Shown: piece by piece, positions 18,406-27,451 of the stretch | Layout of the letters: every line of letters begins with the position of its first letter | Numbering within the stretch: position 1 is the stretch's first letter | Source: a virus | Direction: 5' to 3' (one strand) | Length of the DNA stretch: 35,783 nt | Virus genome (UHGV): UHGV-0117379 | Position numbers and translations under genes: made by a program | Notes under the pieces: model-generated | Seen by the model: the letters and a program-made list of their open reading frames with translations, nothing else | Databases searched by the model: none | Told to the model about the DNA's origin: nothing

Positions 18406-18608
18406 TGAAAGTGCGTGCGCATCAGTATGACACGGTGGACGCGCTTTGCTGGCGTCATTACGGGCGCACGCAGGGTGTCACGGAGCAGGTACTGAAGACA
18501 AATCCGGGGCTTGCCGAATACGGCCCCTTTTTACCTCACGGGCTGCAGGTGGAGCTGCCGGACATTCCGACAACCACCACCGTGCAGACCGTCCAGCTAT
18601 GGGACTGA
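18405..18608 (+). CDS. X: Tail protein X (LysM-like, P2 gpX)
   Basis: 67 aa; ...DTVDALCWRHYGRT.GV.E.VL..NPGLAE.G..LPHG..VELPD matches P2 X. Confidence 0.85.
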   Translation: MKVRAHQYDTVDALCWRHYGRTQGVTEQVLKTNPGLAEYGPFLPHGLQVELPDIPTTTTVQTVQLWD

Positions 18609-18611
18609 ATT

Positions 18612-18827
18612 ATGACGCTTGAGCGAATCAGCGCCTTTATCACGTATTGCATCGCCGTCGTGCTGGCCTGGCTGGGCGATTTGTCCATCAAGGATGCCTC
18701 AACGCTGGGCGGCCTGATGATCGGTGTGCTGATGCTGGCTATCAACTGGTACTACAAACACAAAGCCTACCAGCTTCTGCGCGACGGACAGATCTCGCGG
18801 GAGGATTATGAATCCATCAATCGTTAA
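18612..18827 (+). CDS. Holin (71 aa, two TM segments)
   Basis: Two hydrophobic helices and a charged C-terminus; lies immediately upstream of the endolysin at the P2 Y position. Confidence 0.65.
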   Translation: MTLERISAFITYCIAVVLAWLGDLSIKDASTLGGLMIGVLMLAINWYYKHKAYQLLRDGQISREDYESINR

Positions 18828-19323
18828 ACGCTGCCTTGTCGGGGCCGTGCTGGCTATTGCTGCCACGCTGCCGGGTTTTCAGCAGCTTCACACCTCCGTG
18901 GAGGGGCTGAAACTGATTGCCGATTACGAAGGCTGTCGTCTGCAGCCGTATCAGTGCAGCGCGGGTGTATGGACCGATGGCATTGGTAATACGTCGGGCG
19001 TCATTCCCGGCAAAACCATTACGGAACGACAGGCAGCAGAAGGACTGATTTCCAACGTTATACGTGTGGAGCAGGCGCTGGAAAGGTGTGTGAAGCAACA
19101 GCCGCCGCAGAAGGTGTATGACGCGGTGGTGTCGTTTGCCTTCAACGTGGGAACGGGCAATGCCTGCAGTTCCACGCTGGTGAAATTGCTCAACCAGCGG
19201 CGCTGGGCGGATGCGTGCCGACAGTTGCCGCGCTGGGTTTATGTGAAAGGTGTGTTTAATCAGGGGCTGGATAACCGCCGTGTGCGGGAGATGGCCTGGT
19301 GCCTTAAAGGCGCTGGACTATGA
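18808..19323 (+). CDS. K: SAR endolysin (GH24 lysozyme with N-terminal signal-anchor-release domain)
   Basis: N-terminal weakly hydrophobic Gly/Ala-rich TM (CLVGAVLAIAATLPGF) then EGLKLIADYEGCRLQPYQCSAGVWTDGIGNT (Glu-8aa-Asp-5aa-Thr catalytic triad of T4-lysozyme-like enzymes). Confidence 0.85.
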   Translation: MNPSIVKRCLVGAVLAIAATLPGFQQLHTSVEGLKLIADYEGCRLQPYQCSAGVWTDGIGNTSGVIPGKTITERQAAEGLISNVIRVEQALERCVKQQPPQKVYDAVVSFAFNVGTGNACSSTLVKLLNQRRWADACRQLPRWVYVKGVFNQGLDNRRVREMAWCLKGAGL

Positions 19324-19748
19324 CGCGTGCGCTGGCAGTAGTGGTGGCACTGGCACTCGTTGCGCTGGGCTGGCAGTCGTGGCGGCTTAACAGCGCCAGC
19401 CACACCATCGAAACGCAGCGCGCGGCGCTGAAAAGTAAAGCGCAGGAACTGACGAAGAAAAACAGCCAGCTGATCGGTCTATCCATTCTGGCTGAAACCA
19501 ACAACCGGGAGCAGGCGCGGCTCTACGCCGAAGCAGAACAGACCAGTACACTGCTGAGACAACGACAACGCCGGATCGAGGAACTGAAACGTGAGAACGA
19601 GGATTTACGCCGCTGGGCTGATACTCCTTTGCCTGCTGACATTATCCGGCTGCGGGAACGTCCGGCACTTACCGGAGGTGCAGCTTACCGTCAGTGGTTG
19701 TCCGCGAGTGACGCCGTGTCGGCTGGAGCAGGCTGCGCCGCGCACTAA
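19320..19748 (+). CDS. lysB: i-spanin (LysB/Rz-like)
   Basis: N-terminal TM (LAVVVALALVALGW) then coiled-coil-like charged region; ATGA overlap with endolysin stop. Confidence 0.7.
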   Translation: MTRALAVVVALALVALGWQSWRLNSASHTIETQRAALKSKAQELTKKNSQLIGLSILAETNNREQARLYAEAEQTSTLLRQRQRRIEELKRENEDLRRWADTPLPADIIRLRERPALTGGAAYRQWLSASDAVSAGAGCAAH

Positions 19749-19881
19749 CGGTGATCTGAACGCATTGCTGGATGAAACGGAGGCCGCCTGGGCGGTCTGT
19801 GCAGACAAAGTGGACATGATTATTGCGTGTCAGGAGCGAAACAGTGAACAAACCACAGTCCCTGCGCCACGCCATCAATAA
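19591..19881 (+). CDS. lysC: o-spanin lipoprotein (LysC/Rz1-like) embedded in and extending past lysB
   Basis: GTG 19591 with GAGGAA RBS; lipobox LLTLSGC; +1 frame overlap with lysB and with R start. Confidence 0.65.
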   Translation: MRTRIYAAGLILLCLLTLSGCGNVRHLPEVQLTVSGCPRVTPCRLEQAAPRTNGDLNALLDETEAAWAVCADKVDMIIACQERNSEQTTVPAPRHQ

Positions 19882-20275
19882 AGCAGTGCCTTATGTCCGC
19901 AATAACCCGGACAAACTGCATCTGTTTGTGGATAACGGTTCGCTGGTTGCCACGGGGGCCAGCTCCATGTCATGGGAGTACCGCTATACCCTGAACGTGG
20001 TGATAGAGGATTTCAGCGGCGACCAAAATTTGCTGATGGCCCCGGTTTTACTGTGGCTGCGGGATAACCAGCCCGATGCCATCAATAACCCGGCGTTACG
20101 GGAAAAGCTATTCACCTTTGAGGTGGATATTCTGCGCAACGATGTCTGTGATATCAGCCTTAACCTGCAACTGACGGAACGTGTGCTGGTCAGCACTAAC
20201 GGCAGTGTGTCGAGCGTTGAAGCTATAGCGGAACCTGATGAACCTGAAGAAATGTGGACGGTGAAACGTGGCTGA
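19844..20275 (+). CDS. R: Tail completion protein R (P2 gpR)
   Basis: ..KPQSLRHAINKAV...NPDKLHLFVDNGS...RYTLNVVIEDFSGD..LL.APVL.WLR.NQPD aligns with P2 R; GTG 19844 with AGGAG RBS. Confidence 0.8.
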   Translation: MNKPQSLRHAINKAVPYVRNNPDKLHLFVDNGSLVATGASSMSWEYRYTLNVVIEDFSGDQNLLMAPVLLWLRDNQPDAINNPALREKLFTFEVDILRNDVCDISLNLQLTERVLVSTNGSVSSVEAIAEPDEPEEMWTVKRG

Positions 20276-20732
20276 ATTGCAGAAAGTGGACGACTGGCTG
20301 AGTGCCTTGCTGGCGAATCTGGAACCAGCCGCCAGAAGCCGCATGATGCGCCAGCTGGCGCAGGAACTGCGCCGGACACAGCAGCAGAATATCAGGATGC
20401 AACGCAATCCTGATGGCAGCAGCTATGAACCGAGGCGAGTAACAGCACGCAGTAAAAAAGGCCGCATCAAACGGCAGATGTTTACAAAACTTCGCACCAC
20501 AAAATACCTGAAAACCGCCGCCAGCGCGGATTCTGCCAGCGTACAGTTTGAAGGTAAGGTGCAGCGCATCGCCCGCGTTCACCTTTACGGCCTGCGTGAT
20601 CGCGTCAGTCGAAAAGGACCGGAGGTCCGTTATGCAGAGCGTCGTTTGTTAGGCATTGCTGAAAAAGAACAAAGTTTTATATTTTACACATTAATCAGTT
20701 GGTTACAGGAAAAGGGAGGGTTGCATAAGTGA
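20268..20732 (+). CDS. S: Tail completion protein S (P2 gpS); last about 25 codons AT-rich and divergent
   Basis: MRQLAQELRRTQQQNIRMQRNPDGSSYEPR...KLRTTKYLKT...ARVHLYGLRDRV...EVRY matches P2 S; composition shifts to AT-rich about 20655. Confidence 0.85.
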   Translation: MAELQKVDDWLSALLANLEPAARSRMMRQLAQELRRTQQQNIRMQRNPDGSSYEPRRVTARSKKGRIKRQMFTKLRTTKYLKTAASADSASVQFEGKVQRIARVHLYGLRDRVSRKGPEVRYAERRLLGIAEKEQSFIFYTLISWLQEKGGLHK

Positions 20733-20819
20733 GTTTATTTTACTTCAATGAAAATATAAAATCTGCTATATATAAAAACATTTGTTATAATGATATGATT
20801 TTCTTAAGGATAGGATGTT

Positions 20820-22331
20820 ATGCGCCCCAAAATTGGTGATTTTGAATTTGGTGAGGTTTATGGAGAGAATGAGGTATTATTTCTCGATAATTACTCGAAA
20901 TATTTTTATGATATAAATAATTCATTAAGTAAACTTGATAGAAAAAATAAAATGCTCGTAATTGGCAGGAAGGGGACGGGTAAGACATTGCTTGTTAATG
21001 TCTACTGTAACGCCAAGCGAAAAAATAATTATATTGCAGTTGTGGAATCATTAAAAGATTTTGTTTTTCATGAACTTACTCACTTTCAGGGGCAGGATGT
21101 GTCTTCCACAAAATATGTACCAATTTTCAAGTGGATGATATTGGTCAATCTTGCTAAGAATATTGTAAGTAATAAAAAAGGATTTAGTGAGGATAAAATA
21201 GTTCATTTGGAAAGTTTTTTACGTTCTTTTGGCCATGTCGCGGGCGAGTTAAGGCCTGAGCAAACAGTTGAAATAACTAGGGAGTACCAAGCGTCGGGTG
21301 AGGTTGGTATCGGATTTAGATTCCCAGTATTACGTGGTGAAGCCAAAGCAAAAGATGGTGAGGTCGAGAAAACAAAAGAAACAAAAAAGAATTATTTGGA
21401 ATGTATGGAATCTTTGCAGTGTTTTATTGTTGACATGCTAAAAGAGAGTAATAAAAAAATATATGTATTTTATGATGAGTTAGATGATAAGTTTGATGCA
21501 ACAGTTGAATATAAAAATGCAATGATAAGTTTTTTAAATGCTGTTGTGTCAATTAATAAAACTCTAATGCAAAATAAAATAGATGCTAAAATTGGTGCAG
21601 TTATTCGTCATGATATAATAAATACTTTTTCATCGCCGAATATTAATAAAATCATTGAAGATAACTCTGTTACACTTGATTGGTGTTCTGCTGGAGAACG
21701 AGCAAGTGATTCTGAGATTTTTGATATGATTGCTTTTAAGATCAAAAACTCCACTGATTATTATAATGATTTAAATGGTTCTAATTTGTTCGGGAAAATT
21801 TTCACTGAGAGAGTTGCAGGTGAGCATAGCTCTATTTATATTTTACATAGAACTCTAGGTCGCCCAAGAGATGCCGTTAGGATGCTAACTTATATTCAAG
21901 ATGAATATGGAGAAAATACTGAAAGATTTGAAAGTTCCATGTTTACAAAGATTTCTAAAAAATACTCATCTTATCTTTTACGTGAAATTAGATCTGAGCT
22001 TGCGGGACATTTAAGTGATTCAGAAATAGATGACAGTTTTTCTCTTTTACGTTCAGTAAAAAAAAGAGGTTTCACTCCACATTTAATCAAGGAAAAATTT
22101 GAAGAATTGAAGTTAGGAGATGGTACATTAACGCTTAATAAAATACTGAGTTGTTTATTTAAAGTCGGTGCTATCGGGAATGTACTCAGGAGATCTAAAA
22201 CAGATGGCGGAGATGTTTATTTGTGGTCATTTAATGATGAAGATTTAGAAATGGACCCAACGTTGAATTTTGAAATACACTGTGGTTTGTGGGATGCACT
22301 AGGAATTATCAAGCCTAAACTTAGGCAATAA
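20820..22331 (+). CDS. P-loop NTPase, 503 aa, AT-rich accessory gene inserted between S and V (candidate anti-phage/abortive-infection protein)
   Basis: Walker A GRKGTGKT, Walker B IYVFYDELDD, later LGRPRD; about 230 aa C-terminal domain of unknown fold; GC far below neighbours; TATAAT at 20786..20791, AGGA RBS, own terminator. Confidence 0.75.
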   Translation: MRPKIGDFEFGEVYGENEVLFLDNYSKYFYDINNSLSKLDRKNKMLVIGRKGTGKTLLVNVYCNAKRKNNYIAVVESLKDFVFHELTHFQGQDVSSTKYVPIFKWMILVNLAKNIVSNKKGFSEDKIVHLESFLRSFGHVAGELRPEQTVEITREYQASGEVGIGFRFPVLRGEAKAKDGEVEKTKETKKNYLECMESLQCFIVDMLKESNKKIYVFYDELDDKFDATVEYKNAMISFLNAVVSINKTLMQNKIDAKIGAVIRHDIINTFSSPNINKIIEDNSVTLDWCSAGERASDSEIFDMIAFKIKNSTDYYNDLNGSNLFGKIFTERVAGEHSSIYILHRTLGRPRDAVRMLTYIQDEYGENTERFESSMFTKISKKYSSYLLREIRSELAGHLSDSEIDDSFSLLRSVKKRGFTPHLIKEKFEELKLGDGTLTLNKILSCLFKVGAIGNVLRRSKTDGGDVYLWSFNDEDLEMDPTLNFEIHCGLWDALGIIKPKLRQ

Positions 22332-22332
22332 T

Positions 22333-22360
22333 AAAAACGCCCTTTAATAGGGCGTTTTTA
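22333..22360 (+). terminator. Rho-independent terminator after the inserted NTPase gene
   Basis: AACGCCCT-TTAAT-AGGGCGTT then TTTTT. Confidence 0.8.
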
Positions 22361-22393
22361 TTTAAAGTTGTCATTCTTTCTTTAAATTATCAT

Positions 22394-22411
22394 TGTGCCA
22401 AATCTCTTACA
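22394..22411. promoter_or_regulatory. Ogr-type late activator site TGT-N12-ACA upstream of V (PV)
   Basis: TGTGCCAAATCTCTTACA about 40 nt upstream of V start. Confidence 0.5.
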
Positions 22412-22451
22412 ATTCTAAATAGATGAATTAGTCTTTGTTCTGTTTGATAAT

Positions 22452-23036
22452 TTGGAAATGAATACACAACTGACAGAAATCATGCGCCTTATCACCAACC
22501 TGATCCGCACTGGTGTAGTCACCGAAGTGGACAGGGAAAACTGGCTTTGCCGGGTGAAAACAGGCGACTTAGAAACCAACTGGATCAGCTGGCTGACCCT
22601 GCGTGCCGGGAATGCCCGGACATGGTGGCGACCATCGGAAGGTGAGCAGGTGGTGCTGCTGAGTCTGGGCGGCAATCTGGAGACCGCCTTTGCGCTGCCC
22701 GCTGTCTATTCGAATCAGTTCGCACCACCGTCGACGTCGGCGGACGCCTGCGTGACAGAACATCCTGACGGTGGCTGGTTTGAATACGAACCCGCCACCG
22801 GGCGCTGGTATGTCAGGGGCATCAAATCCATGGTTATTGAGGCTGCCGACAATATCACCCTGAAAACCAGTGAGTTTGTGCTGGAGGCTGACCGCACGCG
22901 TATTAATAGTGAAGTAGTGATCAATGGCGGCGTTACCCAGGGCGGCGGTGCGATGAGTTCTAACGGAATTGTGGTTGATGCACATCAGCATACTGGCGTC
23001 CTGAAAGGCGGCGACACAACCGGAGGCCCGGTATGA
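22452..23036 (+). CDS. V: Baseplate spike/assembly protein V (P2 gpV)
   Basis: MIRTG.V.E.D....CRV.TG...T.W..WLT.RAG..RTWW.PS.GEQV..L..GG.L.TAF.LP..YS...P.PS.SADA colinear with P2 V. Confidence 0.85.
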   Translation: MEMNTQLTEIMRLITNLIRTGVVTEVDRENWLCRVKTGDLETNWISWLTLRAGNARTWWRPSEGEQVVLLSLGGNLETAFALPAVYSNQFAPPSTSADACVTEHPDGGWFEYEPATGRWYVRGIKSMVIEAADNITLKTSEFVLEADRTRINSEVVINGGVTQGGGAMSSNGIVVDAHQHTGVLKGGDTTGGPV

Positions 23037-23392
23037 CGCTTTATAGCGGGATGAACAATACCAGCGGCAAAGCTATTACTGATATTGACCATCTGCGCCA
23101 GTCGGTGCGGGACATTCTGCTGACACCGCAGGGTAGCCGCATTGCCCGCCGGGAATATGGTTCCCTGCTGTCGGCACTGATAGACCAGCCACAAAATCCG
23201 GCGTTACGCCTGCAGGTCATGTCGGCAGTGTATGTGGCGCTGAGTCGCTGGGAGCCACGGCTGACGCTGGATTCCATCACCATCAACAGCAACTTTGACG
23301 GTTCTATGGTGGTGGAGCTGACCGGGCGGCGGAATAACGGTGTGCCTGTGTCCCTTTCCGTATCAACAGGAGCAGAGAATGGCAGTGATTGA
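23033..23392 (+). CDS. W: Baseplate wedge protein W (gp25-like)
   Basis: 119 aa, GPW/gp25 family signature (LLTPQGSRIARREYGS), position after V. Confidence 0.85.
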   Translation: MTLYSGMNNTSGKAITDIDHLRQSVRDILLTPQGSRIARREYGSLLSALIDQPQNPALRLQVMSAVYVALSRWEPRLTLDSITINSNFDGSMVVELTGRRNNGVPVSLSVSTGAENGSD

Positions 23393-24287
23393 CCTTTCGC
23401 AGTTGCCTGCGCCGCAGATTGTGGATGTGCCGGACTTTGAGACGCTGCTTACCGAACGCAAGGCAGAATTTGTGGCGCTTCATCCGAAAGATGAGCAGGA
23501 AGCAGTGATCCGCACGCTGGAACTGGAATCTGAACCCGTCACCAAATTGTTGCAGGAGAATGCTTACCGTGAGTTGCTTCTGCGCCAGCGCATTAACGAA
23601 GCCGCGCAGGCTGTGATGGTGGCTTACGCGATGGGCGGCGATCTTGACCAGCTCGCTGCCAACTACAACGTGAAACGCCTGACGGTGACGCCTGCTGATA
23701 ATGACGCTGTGCCGCCCGTTGCGGCTGTGATGGAAAGCGATGAAGCGTTACGCCTGCGTGTGCCCGCAGCCTTTGAAGGGCTTTCAGTTGCGGGGCCAAC
23801 TGCAGCTTATGAATTTCATGCACGAAGCGCCGACGGTCGGGTGGCGGATGCCAGTGCAACCAGCCCGGCACCTGCAGAGGTGGTGCTGACTGTTCTTAGC
23901 CGCGAAGGCGATGGAACTGCAGAAAAAGACCTGCTGGACGTGGTGGAAAAAGCTCTGAACAGTGAGAACGTCCGCCCGGTGGCTGACCGTCTGACGGTTC
24001 GCAGCGCAGAAATCATCCCGTACCGCGTGGAAGCCACCATTTTTCTCTATCCGGGACCGGAAGCAGAGCCGGTAATGGCAGCGGCAAAAGCCAGTCTGCA
24101 GAAGTATATCGCCAGTCAGACGCGTCTTGGCCGGGATATTCGCCGTAGCGCCATCTTTGCCGCCCTGCATGTTGAGGGTGTGCAGCGTGTGGAGCTGGCT
24201 TCGCCGCTGGCGGATGTGGTCCTGAACAAAACACAGGCGGCATCATGTACGCAGTGGAGCGTAACCAACGGAGGAACGGATGAATAG
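23379..24287 (+). CDS. J: Baseplate protein J (P2 gpJ)
   Basis: 302 aa from ATG 23379; baseplate J family, position. Confidence 0.85.
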   Translation: MAVIDLSQLPAPQIVDVPDFETLLTERKAEFVALHPKDEQEAVIRTLELESEPVTKLLQENAYRELLLRQRINEAAQAVMVAYAMGGDLDQLAANYNVKRLTVTPADNDAVPPVAAVMESDEALRLRVPAAFEGLSVAGPTAAYEFHARSADGRVADASATSPAPAEVVLTVLSREGDGTAEKDLLDVVEKALNSENVRPVADRLTVRSAEIIPYRVEATIFLYPGPEAEPVMAAAKASLQKYIASQTRLGRDIRRSAIFAALHVEGVQRVELASPLADVVLNKTQAASCTQWSVTNGGTDE

Positions 24288-24885
24288 TCTGCTGCCACCG
24301 GGTTCAACACCACTGGAGCGCCGACTGGCGCAAACCTGCAGCGGGATTTCTGATCTGCAGGTGCCGCTGCGTGACTTGTGGAATCCGGCAACCTGTCCGG
24401 TCAGTTTCCTGCCTTATCTCGCCTGGGCGTTCTCTGTGGATCGCTGGGACGAGGGCTGGACAGAAAGCGTCAAGCGCCAGGTGGTGAAGGATGCTTTTTA
24501 TATTCATCAGCATAAAGGGACCACCAGTGCCGTGCGGCGGGTGGTGGAGCCGTTCGGCTTTCTGATCCGCATTATTGAGTGGTGGCAGACCGGAGAGGCA
24601 CCGGGCACGTTTCGCCTGGATATCGGCGTGCAGGACCAGGGCATCACTGAAGATACCTATCTGGAACTTGAGCGACTGATAAGCGATGCCAAACCATGTA
24701 GCCGTCACATGATCGGCATGTCCATCAATCTGCAGACCAGCGGCCCGCATTGGGTGGGAGCCGCCAGCTATCTTGGCGAAGAAATCACGATCTATCCGTA
24801 TATCAACGAAACAATTATTTCCGGCGGCACCGCGCATGAAGGCGGGGCGGTCCATGTTATTGACACAATGAGAGTGAATCCATGA
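24280..24885 (+). CDS. I: Tail/baseplate protein I (P2 gpI)
   Basis: 201 aa; position and size as P2 I. Confidence 0.8.
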   Translation: MNSLLPPGSTPLERRLAQTCSGISDLQVPLRDLWNPATCPVSFLPYLAWAFSVDRWDEGWTESVKRQVVKDAFYIHQHKGTTSAVRRVVEPFGFLIRIIEWWQTGEAPGTFRLDIGVQDQGITEDTYLELERLISDAKPCSRHMIGMSINLQTSGPHWVGAASYLGEEITIYPYINETIISGGTAHEGGAVHVIDTMRVNP

Positions 24886-26435
24886 GCACAAAATTTTATA
24901 CCCTGCTGACGGATATTGGCGCGGCGAAACTTGCCAGCGCCGCCGCGCTCGGTGTGCCTTTAAAAATTACCCATATGGCGGTCGGCGATGGCGGCGGAAC
25001 ATTACCAACGCCGGACGCAAAGCAGACAGCACTGGTAAATGAGAAACGCCGGGCTGCGCTGAATATGCTCTATATCGACCCGCAGAACAGCAGCCAGATT
25101 ATTGCTGAACAGGTGATCCCTGAAAACGAGGGCGGTTGGTGGATACGTGAAGTGGGCCTGTTTGATGAGTCCGGGGCATTGATTGCCGTGGGCAACTGCC
25201 CGGAAAGCTATAAGCCGCAACTGGCTGAAGGCAGCGGGCGTACCCAGACCGTGCGTATGGTGTTGATTACCAGCAGCACGGACAATATCACCCTGAAAAT
25301 CGACCCTGCCGTAGTGCTGGCAACCCGCAAGTATGTGGATGATAAGGTACTGGAGCTGAAGGTGTACGCGGATGATCAGATGGCAAAACATCTTGCCGCA
25401 CCGGACCCGCATTCACAGTATGCACAGAAAGAAAGTCCTACGTTTACCGGGACACCCAAAGCGCCAACGCCAGCGGCGGGGAATAACACCACGCAGGTTG
25501 CGACCACCGCGTTTGTTCAGGAGGCACTGACGGCTCTTATTAATGGTGCGCCAGCCACGCTGGACACGCTGAAAGAAATAGCCGTAGCCATTAACAATGA
25601 TCCGAAATTCAGTACCACCATTAACAATGCGCTGGCACTGAAAGCGCCGCTGTCGAGTCCGGCACTCACCGGAACGCCAACAGCCCCCACGGCGGCGCAG
25701 TCGGTCAACAATACACAGATTGCCACCACGGCTTTTGTGAAATCGGCGATTGCGGCAATGGTGGGTTCTGCACCTGCGGCACTGGATACACTGAACGAAC
25801 TGGCGGCGGCGCTGGGGAATGACCCGAACTTTGCCACGACAATGCTTAATGCACTGGCAGGTAAACAACCGCTGGACAATACGCTGACTAATTTGAGTGG
25901 AAAGGATGTTGCTGGTCTTCTCGCATACCTTGGTTTGGGAGAAGGCTCTGCATTACCTGTTGGTGTCCCTGTTCCGTGGCCTTTAGCAACTCCGCCAACA
26001 GGCTGGTTGAAATGCAACGGTGCGCCATTTATCGCCTCCCAATATCCGAAGCTTGCTCTCGCTTACCCCGGTCTTTTGCTGCCAGACCTGCGCGGTGAAT
26101 TTATTCGTGGATGGGATGATGGGCGAGGGGTTGATCCAGGGCGTTCGATAGGGTCTAGCCAGGGATGGTCTCCAGGATCGCACGTCCACGGCTTGGAAAT
26201 TTGGACATCGGCTAGCGGCAGCATCCCAACTAGTACAACTGTACCATCGCAGAACGGTAGGGAGTTAGGGCCAGCAGCGACAGCAGGCGACGGCGGCGTT
26301 ATCCGATCACTTGGCGGCAGCGGCGGGACAAACAACAACTCTGCTACTTCTGTGACTACGCAGAGCCCCACCTTTGGAAACCAAGAAGGTTACCCGCGCA
26401 ACGTCGCATTTAACTATATCGTGAGGGCAGCCTGA
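24882..26435 (+). CDS. H: Tail fibre protein H (constant N-terminus; two about 70-aa internal repeats; C-terminal variable part inside invertible segment)
   Basis: P2-H-like N-terminus MSTKFYTLLTDIGAAKLA; tandem repeats PTFTGTPKAPT..TQVATTAFV...LDTL.E.A.A...DP.F; C-terminal tail-collar-like domain (WLKCNGAPF...YP.L....P..L.PDLRGEFIRGWDDGRGVD). Confidence 0.85.
   Translation: MSTKFYTLLTDIGAAKLASAAALGVPLKITHMAVGDGGGTLPTPDAKQTALVNEKRRAALNMLYIDPQNSSQIIAEQVIPENEGGWWIREVGLFDESGALIAVGNCPESYKPQLAEGSGRTQTVRMVLITSSTDNITLKIDPAVVLATRKYVDDKVLELKVYADDQMAKHLAAPDPHSQYAQKESPTFTGTPKAPTPAAGNNTTQVATTAFVQEALTALINGAPATLDTLKEIAVAINNDPKFSTTINNALALKAPLSSPALTGTPTAPTAAQSVNNTQIATTAFVKSAIAAMVGSAPAALDTLNELAAALGNDPNFATTMLNALAGKQPLDNTLTNLSGKDVAGLLAYLGLGEGSALPVGVPVPWPLATPPTGWLKCNGAPFIASQYPKLALAYPGLLLPDLRGEFIRGWDDGRGVDPGRSIGSSQGWSPGSHVHGLEIWTSASGSIPTSTTVPSQNGRELGPAATAGDGGVIRSLGGSGGTNNNSATSVTTQSPTFGNQEGYPRNVAFNYIVRAA
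25928..25947. other. Invertase crossover site (gix/cix-like), left copy inside H
   Basis: CTTGGTTTGGGAGAAGG is an inverted repeat of 27796..27812. Confidence 0.55.
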
Positions 26436-27037
26436 TGAATAAAGCCGTATTAAATAGCGAACTCATTACTACAAAGGCAGGAAACATTACCGTTTATAAT
26501 TTTGATGCTGAGACGAAGGAATATCTTTCCACATCAACCGAATACCTTGCTGTGGGTGTCGGTATTCCGGCGTATTCATGCTTAGATGCACCAGGTACAC
26601 ATAAAGCCGGTTATGCAATCTGCCGCTCTGCAGATTTTAACTCATGGGAATATGTGCCAGACCATCGCGGTGAAATCATCTATAGCACCGAAACAGGAGA
26701 ATCGAAAGAAATCACATCTCTGGGTGATTACCCTGAAAATACAACCACTATCGCCCCGTTAACGCCATATGATAAATGGGATGGTGAGAAATGGGTGACG
26801 GATACTGAGGCACAGCATAGCGCCGCAGTAGAAGCGGCAGAAGCACAGCGCCAGTCACTGATTGATGCAGCAATGTCTTCCATCAGTCTGATTCAACTGA
26901 AATTACAGGCCGGACGGAAGCTGACGCAGGCAGAAACAACCCGACTTAACGCTGTGCTGGATTATATTGACGCGGTGACGGCAACAGATACCAGCACCGC
27001 GCCTGATGTCATCTGGCCTGAACTGCCGGAGGCGTAG
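26435..27037 (+). CDS. G: Tail fibre assembly protein G (Tfa), current orientation
   Basis: 200 aa; ATGA overlap with H stop; C-terminal ...DVIWPELP typical of the Tfa family. Confidence 0.8.
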   Translation: MNKAVLNSELITTKAGNITVYNFDAETKEYLSTSTEYLAVGVGIPAYSCLDAPGTHKAGYAICRSADFNSWEYVPDHRGEIIYSTETGESKEITSLGDYPENTTTIAPLTPYDKWDGEKWVTDTEAQHSAAVEAAEAQRQSLIDAAMSSISLIQLKLQAGRKLTQAETTRLNAVLDYIDAVTATDTSTAPDVIWPELPEA

Positions 27038-27449
27038 GCCATTCAATATCTGGCGCACCGGAAGTATCGACCAGTTCCAGTGCGTCCAGATAATCCAGCC
27101 ACAAATTATATTGCACCAGTTCCTCACCTTTCAGGCGACCAATCGCCGCTTTACCAGGCCATTGCTTACTGTTTATGTATTCGTTGACCTGATTAATCAA
27201 TTGCTGCTTTTTCAGTTCGGCTGCGGCAATTTGTTCCTCATGAGTTGGCGGTGGAATATCAATCCATGCAGGCATTCCGTCGATGACACCTCTGTATTTT
27301 CCTTCTGGTGCTTCCTTCATAAATTCGGCAGCAACAGTGTCGTCAATTTCGATTCCATCATCGGGCCATTCGCCGGATTCCTGATAAGCGATTTTAAGCT
27401 CCACAGGGAAAAACGCATTTTTATCGGCACTGAAAATATATTTCTGCAT
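27009..27449 (-). CDS. Alternative tail fibre assembly protein (G'), opposite strand within invertible segment
   Basis: 146 aa; C-terminal ...DIEWPTPP Tfa signature; convergent 29-nt overlap with G as in Mu U/U'. Confidence 0.75.
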   Translation of the reverse strand: MQKYIFSADKNAFFPVELKIAYQESGEWPDDGIEIDDTVAAEFMKEAPEGKYRGVIDGMPAWIDIPPPTHEEQIAAAELKKQQLINQVNEYINSKQWPGKAAIGRLKGEELVQYNLWLDYLDALELVDTSGAPDIEWPTPPAVQAR

Positions 27450-27451
27450 TT

